Assembly: GCA_964247055.1 (NCBI GenBank) | Contig: OZ176059.1 | Coordinates: 2,604,001 to 2,668,000, forward strand | Source of the DNA: Paragordius varius | Taxonomy: Eukaryota; Animalia; Nematomorpha | Length of the DNA: 64,000 bases | Reading direction: 5' to 3' | In this document: one piece after another, positions 52,666 to 64,000 of the stretch | Layout of the letters: each line of letters opens with the position of its first letter | How positions within the stretch are numbered: position 1 is the stretch's first letter | Program-made: the position numbers and the translations under genes | The notes under the pieces: generated by a model | Database searches by the model: none | Told to the model about the DNA's origin: nothing | The model's input: the letters and a program-made list of their open reading frames with translations, nothing else

Positions 52666-55490
52666 TCACAACCGGCCTAATTATTTAACAGTCTAGTAAA
52701 ATCATTTTAAGTGCGTAATGTTTCGAAATTTAATTTTAACCCTTAAAACATTATAAAATTAATTATTAAATTTGAGGGAAAAAAATATTTAGGATTTCTC
52801 AAAATATATATATTAGATATCATTACGCTACTTCGGGCCATCAATCTCCCGGCACAAAATGCAATGATTGGGGATACACAAGAAGTAGTATGGAATATTT
52901 TGAACCAGAGAATGATTACGGTTGATCAAGGTTCCATTTTTACACAAACACAATTATTATTTTTCAAAATAGTACATAAAATATTTTAGGGTACAGTAGA
53001 ATAAAACGCTATTTTTTGTTTTGAACTTAATTGATATAATAAATTTTTTGTCAAAATTGACCCAAACTTTTTGGACAACTGCGGTTTTTCACGGTGATTA
53101 GGACCTAGCATATTTACAAATATCCTTTTGAGTGCATCTTAACCGCATGTAATAATTTTAAATTGATATCCATAAAAAGCATATCAAAAAGTAGGATATT
53201 AAGTTTGCACTTAATATAAACAAATGTTGAGCAGAGTTTGTATTGCAATTAATTTTAAATTACTTTAAGCATAGTTAGAATCACATTAACCTTACATGCA
53301 ATTCCGTCCACATTAGTCAAAGAATAATATAATGGGGTTACAATTAAGCGCCAAATCAAGTAAAAGCTACATTTTTGGATGTTATTAACCTATTTAATGA
53401 AATACATATACCTCGGATCGCCATTAAAACTCTATCTATGAAATTTTTTTAACACATTATTTCAACATTTTCTTGTTTTGTGTCCAACCAACATGCAACT
53501 GCCAGCATAAATGCATACTGGATAGTTGTTGGTGTAACATTTTAATAAATGATGAGATGACGTCCCACAAGTCGAAAAATGAAATAAATTCCATAATATT
53601 ATTCCAATGATATATATATGTTTTTTTTTATGTTAAGGACTATCCACATTTTGGCCTGCATTTCCTCGTAGTCAACGTACGAATGTGTTTGGACCAAATG
53701 GGCCCATAACACTCCAAATCCCAGGGAATGATTTTTCAAGTTGGGATTTTGAAACAACCGCTTATGTCTTATTAGCTTTAGCGGTTCAAAACCGGATTGA
53801 TGATGGAACGGGTCCATTGAAATGGCTGGTAAGCCGTCGTAATTCTTTGGGCGGTTTCGCTAGCACCCAAGTAAATTCTTATAATTACGCATATATAATT
53901 AATAGTATCAGTATCAGTATTTCCAATATGTACCATATTTACACCTCATATTCGCCCTTGAACATTTGAAATTCACATTAAAAATAAATTATAGTGCTTG
54001 GGCTATTATCTCATTATTAATATATATTTCTTTAGGGCATGGGTTATCATTTTTCTGTACTATGTTAATTTTAAACTTTGTATCATTTTTTCAAAAATAT
54101 TAAAAATATAGGTATTTTTAGAGTAAGCACAAAATTTAATGTTTTAATGTAAATCCAAAAAGTTTAGCGGTAAGTCTGAGGTGTAATAATTAATATATTA
54201 TTTTCATCCATAAAAGTAAACATAAAACCCAAATAACTTTTTAGGATACAATAATAGCGTTGGATGCTTTGGCGAATTTTGCTAAACTGTTACCTCAACC
54301 AAGCCAACAACTATTACATGTGTTTTATACAGGTATTTTTATTACGCATTAAAGTGTCAATTGGATTTTATACTTTATGACAAACCAAATTAGTCTAAAA
54401 AGTTTTTAAAACAAGGGGAAATATAATTTTTTCATAAATCAATGTCATGCCAAATTTAAAAGGACCAAAATGTTTTTGTTGATTTGGGTGTTATAGTTCT
54501 TAATTTTTATTACAAATGTGGTATTATTTTGAAGCCTTAATGATTAAAAAAAGATAATCAGCTGTATGGAGGCATTTTTGTTTTTATACATTTTATATTC
54601 ATGGCTTGTATTTCGTTACACCATTAACATAATATTTTTGGATAAAACTCAAAAATATATATTTGTTCTTATAGATGTAAGGAATGCTCCGATTCACGAT
54701 ATTCATTTGGATTCACGTAATTTGCTTGTTTTGGATTGTTTCTCATTGGGTACGAAATTGGAACCTGAGATCCGAATCAGAAGTGTAGGGGTTGGTACAG
54801 CTCTTGTTCAGGTTAAAATTCCAAATTTTACATATATAACTGTCCATTTTAGCAAAATTATAGAATTTTGGAACGCAGGAACCTAAATTTTCATATTGCA
54901 TATGTCAATTACTATAATGAAAAAAAATATTAACAAAAATTTTAAGGTATCTTGGGGATACAACATCATAAAAAACACGAGTGTGACACCATTTGTCTTG
55001 GAAGTACGCACGCGGCGAACAACTACGAATACCACCCTACTAGTCGATATATGCTTTAGGTTGTGATACATATATATTATATTATGTCAAAAACTCCATG
55101 AAACTTTCATGAATTTTATAACCTATTATTTTATGAAATGTGTTTTGGGTCAGTTTTAATCCAAGCACACCCGGTTCCCAAAGTAATATGGCAATCCTTG
55201 AAGTTAATTCCCTTTCCGGTTACATTGTATCGCGTGAAGCTAGCAATGAATTACCAAACTTTGGTCCACCTTTTTCTCAAGCGTTTGAAAAGCAACGTGA
55301 TTTTAGCGACGGTGACACTAAAGTCACTTTCTATTTTGATAGCGTAGGCAGTGCACGTTCTTGCATCACGACATTGAGATTGGTTCAACTACAATTGGTG
55401 GAGGATGTTAGACCTGCGCTGGTCCGTATCTCAGATTACTATCAACCCGGGCTCAAGGCTATTGGGTTCATTGAGATCCCTTTGGCATAA
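34485..55490 (+). CDS. Thioester-containing protein (TEP / CD109 / alpha-2-macroglobulin superfamily), complete, about 1800 aa, secreted
   Basis: 33 phase-consistent exons totalling 5412 nt: 34485-34621, 35545-35770, 36175-36478, 37066-37188, 37835-38071, 38186-38240, 39034-39243, 39633-39804, 40698-41123, 41207-41329, 41560-41664, 41735-41893, 42443-42559, 44040-44237, 44973-45039, 45526-45676, 46146-46263, 46812-46925, 47349-47582, 47854-48010, 48351-48527, 48843-49014, 50558-50663, 50807-51024, 51431-51571, 51656-51711, 52084-52170, 52817-52930, 53638-53870, 54245-54332, 54675-54811, 54947-55059, 55154-55490. Motifs: signal peptide, [66 protein letters not shown] (codons 48407-48421), [44 protein letters not shown]. 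Orthology within the superfamily not resolved. Confidence 0.95.
42596..42986. mobile_element. Family A minisatellite-TIR MITE in TEP intron 13
   Basis: tata-CCATTT ... AATGG-tata with 4-5 21-bp units per arm; very similar to the copy at 28295. Older degenerate copies at about 14293-14375, 24520-24830, 28915-29155, 38590-38910, 40365-40670, 50095-50485 and 53930-54190. Confidence 0.85.
43414..44957. mobile_element. Cluster of four CAGT/TA-type (Tc1/mariner-like) MITEs, family C
   Basis: TIR CAGTAAAAATTGAAAT(T/A)ATACGGACAAAACGTAAAAATATAAAGACAAATA. Clearest copy 43730-44028 with TA on both sides; others at about 43414-43717, 44375-44600 and 44693-44957. Fragments also at about 25898 and 46960. 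Confidence 0.75.
49286..49590. mobile_element. hAT-family MITE in TEP intron 22
   Basis: TIR CAAGGGTGTCCAACAC / GTGTTGGACCCCCTG. Flanks ATTTCGAG and ATTTAGAG (8-bp TSD, one mismatch). Related pieces at about 9850-10150, 11070, 35000-35300, 39290-39550, 45110-45355 and 60060-60330. Confidence 0.85.
51028..51081. repeat. (TA)n microsatellite, longest in window; others at about 18911, 22858, 27435 and 52625
   Basis: Directly visible dinucleotide run. Confidence 0.95.
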
Positions 55491-57667
55491 AAAATTAGAT
55501 TCATTACATTCACATTCCAATTTTATTTATATACGTGTATTGATTGATTTTGGTCATTTTGTTAGTCATATGATAACTATTAAATTTTGTTAATATTCTG
55601 TCTGTTACCACACTTTTTACAGTGCAAAGAAATTTATGCCGTTAAATGTTGCATTTTTTATGCATGTATTGATTTTATAGCTTGCATTTTTGATTATTTT
55701 GATATTATATGGCTTATTTTATTTATCGTAATAAATTTTGATAATAAATTTACCTAAAAAACTCGGAAAACATTTTATAATTAATAAAGCCAGATGAGCT
55801 TTACGGAGTGTATCAATTAATAATTTTTGGTTATTTTTTATCTATTTTGAGCGCAATTTTGGGTGATAATTCTCTTTACTTGTAAATTTTTGATTAAATC
55901 TAATTTTTTATTTTATCATTCTTTAGAGCACGTTTGACATCCCTACTTTAAACTATTAATGTGCTTAAAAATATTTAATGTTGAGTTTGGTAGTAAAAAT
56001 ATTGAGTATGGTTGAAGAATTATTAATAAAAGGACATTGAAATATAAATTTTTGAAAAAATTAAGCCAGGGAAGATTATTTGCATCGTAGCTAGAAAAAA
56101 ATAAGGCTAGAAATTATTTAGGCTTAATTTTTAAACTAAATATATGGGTAAAATTTATGCAAAAATCTTAATAGAAAGATTAAAATGTTAAACAAAAGAA
56201 TGTATTTTGATTTTGGCGCTAAGGTACGATTTTAGCATAACTTTGCTAAGTCTTTCAAGTTTAAACAATAAAAATTTATTATATCTTATTACATATTAAA
56301 AAATAAAATTAACGCCTTTTCACCTAACTTATTTAGTTTGATTCGACCAAACGTGCAATAATAGCAAATAAATGTAAACTAACTATACTGCTAGTATTTT
56401 AAGCGCATTTATCGTTTCGATATAAATTAACCCAAAACATCGACTTATACATTATTAACTAAGATTTACTAGTTTTTTTGTGCTCACGCTAAACCAAATT
56501 CTTAGGTGGACCAAAAGCATTATAATTTTAATTTTTATGACCGGTTCATTTACAGTTTAATGGATGCAACGAAGCCTAAAACCGCGTAAAATCGGTCTGC
56601 AACATACACCTGACCAGATCAAATTTAAAGCATGGCAAATTAAACTATAGCGCATCGATGCGGTTTAAAATACGGAACATGAAAAATGAGGGGACAAAAT
56701 ATTGTATAATAAAAAAATAGGTATGATACTCACTAAGTTAAAGATTAAATATATTAGAATATTATAGATGACACAATGATACTACTGGAACAATAAATTG
56801 CAATGTTACCCTTGGAGCCATTCGAAATGTAAAATTCAATATGTTAGGGTGCAAATTTACCATATACAAATTAGATTTTAAAATTGATATAACGGTAGAA
56901 AAGCATATATTAATTGCATAATTTAATTTCAATGCTTCTTAACATAGTACACAAGAAAAATTTAATAAAAATATATATTTTTCTCAATAAAGTGTTAAAA
57001 TTCTCATTTAAAGTTTTAATATTCTTTAAAACTTTTATATTTATCCAACAATCTTAACATCTAAATACAACACATACATTTCAGTCATCCAATTCAAATT
57101 GATGTCTTTGGGGATTAAGGCTTGAAGTCAAATATATCTTAAAATACGAATGCAGAAGTTTCCATTTATACCACATTGTTTACACCAAAATATAAAAAAT
57201 TATAATTTTAAAAAACTTAAAATGTTTTTTATGGATAAACCTCAAAAGTAAAAATTTTATCAAATAATATCTTCCATAAGTTATATATAGAAAAATAATA
57301 CATCAACCATTTTTCTGTACGAATGTAATGAATTTTAAAAAATTAGCATTAATTTTATCGCTAAAATCAAATACACATGATATGCAAAAATGTTTAACAA
57401 ATGGCGTTTAAGTAGTTTCTGGTACTTTTTTCTAAAAACAAAATTATTTAAATATTGGCTTATTTATATATTTTTATTGAGAATCACAAAATTAAATTAA
57501 TACCTTTCTTGCAGTATTTTTTTAAAAATATCCCTTAATATAGTTTGGGCTACCAGGTGCCCCAATTGTAGATTGCACTTTATACTGTGGCAATATTAAA
57601 AAATAAATATACCTGACAATAAATAAGGGATTAAAAACTTTAAAAATTTTAATAATTTTGAAATTAA

Positions 57668-58230
57668 CACTTGGATACAAGACATTTATTTCAGTATTCG
57701 ATTCAAATTGGGCTAGTTGGATCCAGGCTTGTTTAAAATTAAATATTTTTCATATGGAATAAATAAAATTATGGCGAGAGTTTGCACTAGTATAACATCA
57801 AAGAACCGAAAAATTCATTTATATATACTTTAGATCACTTATTTAGAGTTAAAACACAAAGATAAAAATTCCGACATGGCATATGTGCATAAGCTAAATA
57901 TGAAAATAATTCAAAATAACCAATTTTTTATAATTTTGTAAATGTAATTTAAAAAAAGTTAACTTAATTTTAACCTTAGAAACAAATAAACACGATATTT
58001 TTTAAAAATGTTATAAAATAAAAATGGCGTAAAAGTAGTTTGATAATTTTTTCAAAATTAAATTTTATTTAAATATTTTGGATTATTTATATAATTTTTA
58101 TATGGATATAAGCATAAATTTAAGTTGGATCTGTTTCTTTCAGTAAGGATTTTCCATTATATTTAAATACACATTCCATACCATTATGGGGTAGTTATAT
58201 ATCCCAGAAGCGATTTGAAATAATATCCCA
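57668..58230. mobile_element. Older piggyBac-type MITE copy
   Basis: TTAA-CACTTGGATAC left end and interior homologous to 31603-32172; right end degraded. Confidence 0.6.
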
Positions 58231-59609
58231 GAAAGTATTTAAGGTAATAATTCGAAATCAAAAATATGCTTTGGGCTTTTTAGGCGCATTATACAAAAAA
58301 ATTTTAAAATGCAAAATTGTAAAAAATCCTCATCTCAGTTTTTTGCCGCCATTTTTTTCAACAATTATTTTAAATGGATGCAACAGGCAAATAAATGTTA
58401 TTATGGTTAAAAAATATAAATAATTAAAAAGCTTTCAGGCTACATTTTACCAGTAAAAACTGATATATTCTGATTTTAATATCAACTGTTAGTTGATCGT
58501 GATTTGAAGCTGTCCCAATTTTAGACTGTAGAAGTCATTTTACTGTAATAAATATTAGCTTTTTTTCTCTAACACATTAGAACAATGTTTGATATTTTTA
58601 ATTACAATAACTTTCAAAACTGTAGTTTAAAATTGAGCTCTGTATAAAACTACCTCAAAAGGAAAACTAGTACAAAAGACAAAAAGGTAATGGAGTGTTA
58701 AAAGCTAAAAGCACCAGCCGTAGTCTTTTTTCCGATTCGGACGATTTGAGAAACGCCGATTTTGAGGAAAGGCGAATTTTACGAAATCTAGCCTGTTCAA
58801 CGCGGTCTCTTTTTTTGTATCAGGCAATATCTTAAAATATTTCCTAGCTATTTTATGTTTCTAAGGATAAAAAAAAAGGGGGCAATAAGTTTGATATAGA
58901 TAGGGATATATATTTTAAAAAATATTTTTAAATTTACCAAAATTCTCTCAGTATAATTTATTATTGAGTCTAGGGTAGCATAATTTTTTGGCCTGGGTAA
59001 AAATAAATTAATATTTTTCGAAATAGTAAGTTTAACCGGTTATGATTCATGGATGCATTTTTTATTTAATACCAATGAAAATTTTGAAAGAGTATTTATC
59101 TTTAAACAGATATTTACCACATAATAAAAATTTAAAATAACAAATATACATTAATATTAATTTCTCATTCTTATAAATTTGAAGATACCACTGGAAGTGT
59201 AGGATATTAGATTATTCTAATTTTCATTTAATTATAACATATATTTGCATTTTTCGTTAAAATGACAGTTGATGACCATGTATGACTGCATCAACGATCA
59301 AAACCGGTTAAGTTTTTTGACCAGTTAAAAGCCAACCACCTCAAGAGAACTATGTTAGATCCCATTTTCAGATAAAGGAGTCATGCAAGAAGACATAAAA
59401 AAGTTATTTAAGCCTTATAACCTTAGCTTGCTAAGAACGGTAATTTAAAAAATTCATAGTTCAAAACATATCAAATTTAATATGTAATCATAAAGGCAAT
59501 GTATTATACAATCCTATATGATGTTAAGGTATTTGTAGGAATGATTAAGCAATATCAAGCATTTAGCAATTGGTTATAAGTTAATTCTACTATCCCCATT
59601 TTATGTATA

Positions 59610-60812
59610 CGATTTCCCAGTCAAAATAAACGTTTTCCCAGTCAATCGAAACATTTTCCCAATCAATCGAAACGTTTTCCCAGTCAATCGAAACATTTTC
59701 CCAGTTAATAAAAACATTTTCCCAATCAATCGAAACGTTTTCCCAATCAATAAAAACGGTTTTATTTTTGATGATAGATATACTTAACCATTATCAGCGT
59801 AATATTAGGATAATTTTTATAAAAACAGAATTATTGAATGACAATTTTCCAAATATATTCCAGTGCACAATCATTAATGACTTATTATTTAAAAATTATA
59901 TTTTTGGAATTAAGAGATGTTTTTAAGATAATATTTATTATATTATTGAAAACATGTCAAGTTTTTCCATAAAAATACTGTCGGAAAAATATAAGCAAAA
60001 ATTTTTCCGATAAAAATGTTTTAGATTTAAAAATATTTAATATAAAGATATTTGACTTCAACTAACCAAATGGCTTCGCGGGCCGCATTACTCACAAAGC
60101 ACGGCGTTTCGCATTCAATATATTTCATAAATATATTTTTTGATTAGACATAAGACTGTAAAATACAAAAATATAACAATTCTTTTTAATTTGTTACCAA
60201 TTTAATAGACTCATTCAGAATAATTGCGTAAGATGAATATTACTAAGACTTTATGGGCATATTTTTGGATATGGATTAAATTTTTAGCAGGCCGCACAAA
60301 GATACTCGGCAGGCTGCTTTGGGCACCCAATGAACCAATGATAAATATTTTTAAATTAGGGTAAAATTTATGTTTAAGATCCAATATGAAGTATTAAATG
60401 ATCTCCGTAACTATAGATTTTGTAAGTTAGCCGCAAATAATGCGAACCATCAATAAAAAAAATATTATCTTAAAAACATCTCGAATTCCGAAAATATAAT
60501 TTTTAAAGAATAAGTCATTAATGATTGTGCACTGACTTGGAAAAATTGTCATTCATGTTTTTAATTAAAGATTATCTCCATATATTACGCTAATAATGGT
60601 TAAAAGTTGTTTTTATATTCTTGTTTTGGTATTTATCATCAAAAATAAAACCGTTTTTATTGACTGAGAAAACGTTTTTATTGATTGGGAAAATGTTTTT
60701 ATTGGGGAAAATGTTTCGATTGACTGGGAAAACGTTTCGATTGACTGGGAAAACGTTTCGATTGATTGGGAAAATGTTTCGATTGACTGGAAAAACGTTT
60801 ATTGGGAAATGG
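59610..60812. mobile_element. Minisatellite-TIR element family B (about 300-bp TIRs, 21-bp unit TTTTCCCAGTCAATCGAAACG) with a hAT MITE relic in the middle
   Basis: About 59610-59900 is the inverted copy of about 60490-60812. Right end GGGAAATGG-TATA, left end TA-CGATTTCCC. Confidence 0.8.
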
Positions 60813-61922
60813 TATATATTAATATACTAATATTTACCATTATTATGTAATGGTATGTGGAGTAATAAAGATAAATTATATCAATCACATTATTGTGATG
60901 ATATTTTTAACACTTCGTTACTTCAACATTTTATTGGATCAGTTGTAAAAATATTTTTAAAATGGGTTAGCTAAAATATGATTAATAACCATTAAATCTG
61001 AATATTGTATAAATAAGTATTGATTTTTACAGTATTCTAACTTTTAAAATTTAATATCGCCCAAATCAAATTGATACAAAAATATAATATATAGATCATA
61101 AATAATTAACCATATACGATGGCCACTTTTTTATCAAATTATTAACAAAAAATGAAAAAAAAAATATTTAGCCGTAAAAAGCTTATGACAAACTTTTTAC
61201 CATTTTTATATTATAATATTTTTTTGTTGCCCCAAAGGCCTTGAATGTGTATTATAAGATTTGGCCCAATATATTTGTGGCAGAAACCTACCTTAAAAAG
61301 TAATGACATGTTAAGTCAAAAAGACTATTCCGCTTAATATAGCTTATGATGCCCAGGTGTGTTCCCTTTATTCCTCAATTTTGAATTTTGTAGGGTTTAA
61401 AATTTGACACATTATGTCACTAAAAAATCCATTACCACTTTAATCTGCAATTATTTTGCAAATGCCAAAATCATTTGACTAAATCAACTGCATAAAAGGA
61501 ATAAATTAATTAATATTCAGTTACATCATTTGATCAATTCTATTTTTTATTTAATGTTATTAAAAAATAAAATTTAGGATAACTCATTTGATTAACTGTT
61601 TTACCTAAAAGGGGACTTAACAATAAAATTTGAGTAAAATATGTGGTTATACATTTATTCAAAAAAATATATTTAATGTCTTGAAATGTGTAATAGTAAC
61701 GATAGTCAAAACAATTATCGGAATTATGTTAACGCGGTTAATTGTGTGCAAAAATGTCACACCACATACAATTACATTCAATAAACATTGTAATTGTAAA
61801 CAAGGTATAAATGCTACTAAAACCAGATTTCAATCCTAGTTTAAATGTTTTTAACTGTAATTTTTACCATTTTTATGATATTTTTTTAAATTTTAACCTG
61901 TTAGCTATAGACTATAACAAAA

Positions 61923-64000
61923 ATGATAAAATCTTGCCTTATCCCACAAATAATTGGGCACGAAACTATATTTGGTAATGCCGCAGATTCCCTTAACACT
62001 ACCTTGACAGTGCCAATAAGCAATGATGATATAAATGGAAATTTGACGGTCACCCCTAACTTGATGGAACAATTTAATGGGGCCGCAGATGTCGTTGTTA
62101 ACGCCATAGCTAATATGGTGAAAGACGATTTGCACGAAACGCACAATATTGATTCAGGTTGTGAGTCTGATGATACCTCAAAATCTACTGTTGAAACTAT
62201 TTGTAATGGCCCTCACACGATATTTGAAACACATAATTTACAGGTTTCATCACTCAAACCCAGTGATAATTTCTGCTTCCAGGGTGAAAAAATTATGGAA
62301 ACTTTATCAGAATCAACAAACGTCCCTTCAACACTGTATACTACAACCGAGCTGTTACAGGGTACAGTGCCTCTCCTAGGTTTGATTGCAACTAGTCTTT
62401 TAGTTTGTGGTAATAAAAACGAAAAAGTTTTATACACAGACCTTGAGAATAATTTCAAAATTTGTGTAGCAAATGCAGATGATATCCCAATCATTTGTGA
62501 TAAACGTTACAGCTCGTTGGGCATTAAAAGTCATAGAGATTACCTGTTGGACATTTATAAACATTATCCCGACGGCTTTCTCCTCGTTAAAGATTTATCA
62601 ACAAACGAAATCATAGGTAATATTTAATCTTAACGCCCTAATCATGTTTTTCAAAAAAATATAGTTTTAGCGATTTATCATGCATCTATTCTATGTCTAG
62701 GTTCAATTTTAGCCATAAACTTTAAAAATATTGCTTGTGGTGGCATGTTTTTTATGGAGCCCGAGTACCGAAACCGCGGAATAGGAAGTAAGTTATGGGA
62801 AGTTCGTAAATCATACATTCAAGATCGAATTCTAGTCGTAAATTCTGTGATGAATCGCCTAAATGCTAACCGTAAACTTGGAATGACAGATCATGAAAAA
62901 GGTTATATATATCATAAAAATATTAAATAACATGTTTTTGAACCATTAACATTTATTGGGTGCAATATGGCTGTTAGTTTACCTTGAGGCATAGAGATTT
63001 TAGGCCAGGTGTTTCTAATACGCGGCCCCCCGAGAAAATAATTTGGATGTCCCTAATATTTACTTAAAAAATCTTATTAAATAAGAGATTTCTTGAAATA
63101 ATATCTGGAATCATTTATCCAAATGGCAACGATCTGGAAAAAACCTCTTATTATGTTTACAGTTTAATCGAAACTTAGCAAAATATATATGAATGCCTAT
63201 ATATAATATGAAACGAGGCTCGCCATTTAATAAAATAAAAATTCGGACCGCGAAGCCTTGTGTGTTGCTTACCCTCATCCCCTGTTTTAGGCACTTATTA
63301 CCTCAATATTTTTATATAATATTTAAATATACTCCTTTTAGTTTCCCTGTATCAGGCATATAATGTTACACCCCAGCAGTTATTACACGTATGTGATGAC
63401 CTTCTACCCACCTTGCATATCAATGAATGTGCCAACCCGTTACAAACTCCTTTACTCCCTAGTGTGGCTGAAAGAGAGGCAGTAAAGTTTTTTTCCATAA
63501 ATGATCAGTTCAATGCAGCCCCAACCATGGTGAATATAGAGGATAAAAAATCGTTTCTTACATCTATTCGGATTGAAGCGTCGACTGATTGGTCATGTCC
63601 ACCCAAGTTTTGGTCAAAATTGATGGAATTTGATACCTCAATTCATTGTGAGGATAGGGGTGATTTTCTTCGTACCCTATTAACGACTCATTCACACACT
63701 TATACAGTGGCCGTTTTTAAATTGTCATGCCCACTCACGCAGACAGATACAGATTATACGAATCTTTCCGAATGGGATGTAGTTGAATGCGTAGGGTATG
63801 GTGTTTTAAGGCCCAAATATATAGGCTACACCATAGCTCCCATGTATGCTACTCACAGTGATTACGCCTGCATCATTTTCAAAGATTTGTGCACAACCCT
63901 TGCCAATCTAGTCATTACCCAATGGGATAACGCAAACTTTGACCATCCCCTTGTGGTTTCTAAATCGAACAAAGTACCACCCAGTAAAGAGCTTGAGCTG
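61923..64000 (+). CDS. YitH-type tandem GNAT acetyltransferase with long N-terminal extension (3'-partial)
   Basis: Exons 61923-62616, 62701-62901 and 63342 to the window end. GNAT motif A (GGMFFMEPEYRNRGIGSKLWE). The third exon is an open frame absent from the ORF track, with LMEFDTSIHCEDRGDFL, VGYGVLRP and YTIAPMYA, typical of the second YitH-like fold. Start codon tentative because acceptor sites lie just upstream. Confidence 0.8.
63006..63284. mobile_element. hAT-family MITE in GNAT intron 2 with perfect 8-bp TSD
   Basis: TTTTAGGC directly repeated on both sides; ends CAGGTGTTT...CATCCCCTG. Confidence 0.85.

Noticed and set aside
36108-55071. Minus-strand ORFs at 36108, 39004, 44036, 47345, 47850, 51455, 53599 and 54883
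   Set aside because: Antisense shadows of TEP exons, which are more GC-rich and so have fewer stops on the opposite strand.
60621-60830. 69-aa ORF with GKTFRLT repeats
   Set aside because: Translation of the family B 21-bp minisatellite arm.
1-64000. tRNA, rRNA, snRNA and spliced-leader genes; telomeric repeats
   Set aside because: No recognisable conserved sequence seen by eye; a tRNAscan-SE/Infernal run would be needed to exclude divergent copies.

Overview
Very AT-rich, intron-rich eukaryotic DNA, most likely from an invertebrate animal. The DUOX sequence resembles nematode BLI-3, so a nematode-related lineage is possible, but that is inference. I found no prokaryotic genes, CRISPR array, rRNA or tRNA. 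By hand I assembled five protein-coding loci, checking GT-AG boundaries and exon phase. (1) The 5' part of a dual oxidase (minus strand, 10 exons, signal peptide plus peroxidase-homology domain). (2) An intronless ADF/cofilin frameshifted by an exact 22-bp tandem duplication. (3) A complete 8-exon deoxyhypusine synthase with two large insertions and introns of 22 and 27 nt. (4) A complete 33-exon thioester protein of about 1800 aa with an intact GCGEQ motif. (5) A YitH-type tandem GNAT acetyltransferase that runs off the right end. The rest is dense with transposon relics: a Penelope-like fragment inside a foldback element, a decayed mariner, a hAT element with a perfect 8-bp TSD nested in a hAT MITE, piggyBac-type TTAA MITEs, CAGT/TA MITEs and two minisatellite-TIR MITE families. 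The most unusual signal is a set of 22-27 nt GT-AG introns, two in DHPS and three candidates in a gene relic inside a TIR element, coexisting with kilobase introns. All coordinates were counted by eye and may be off by a few bases.
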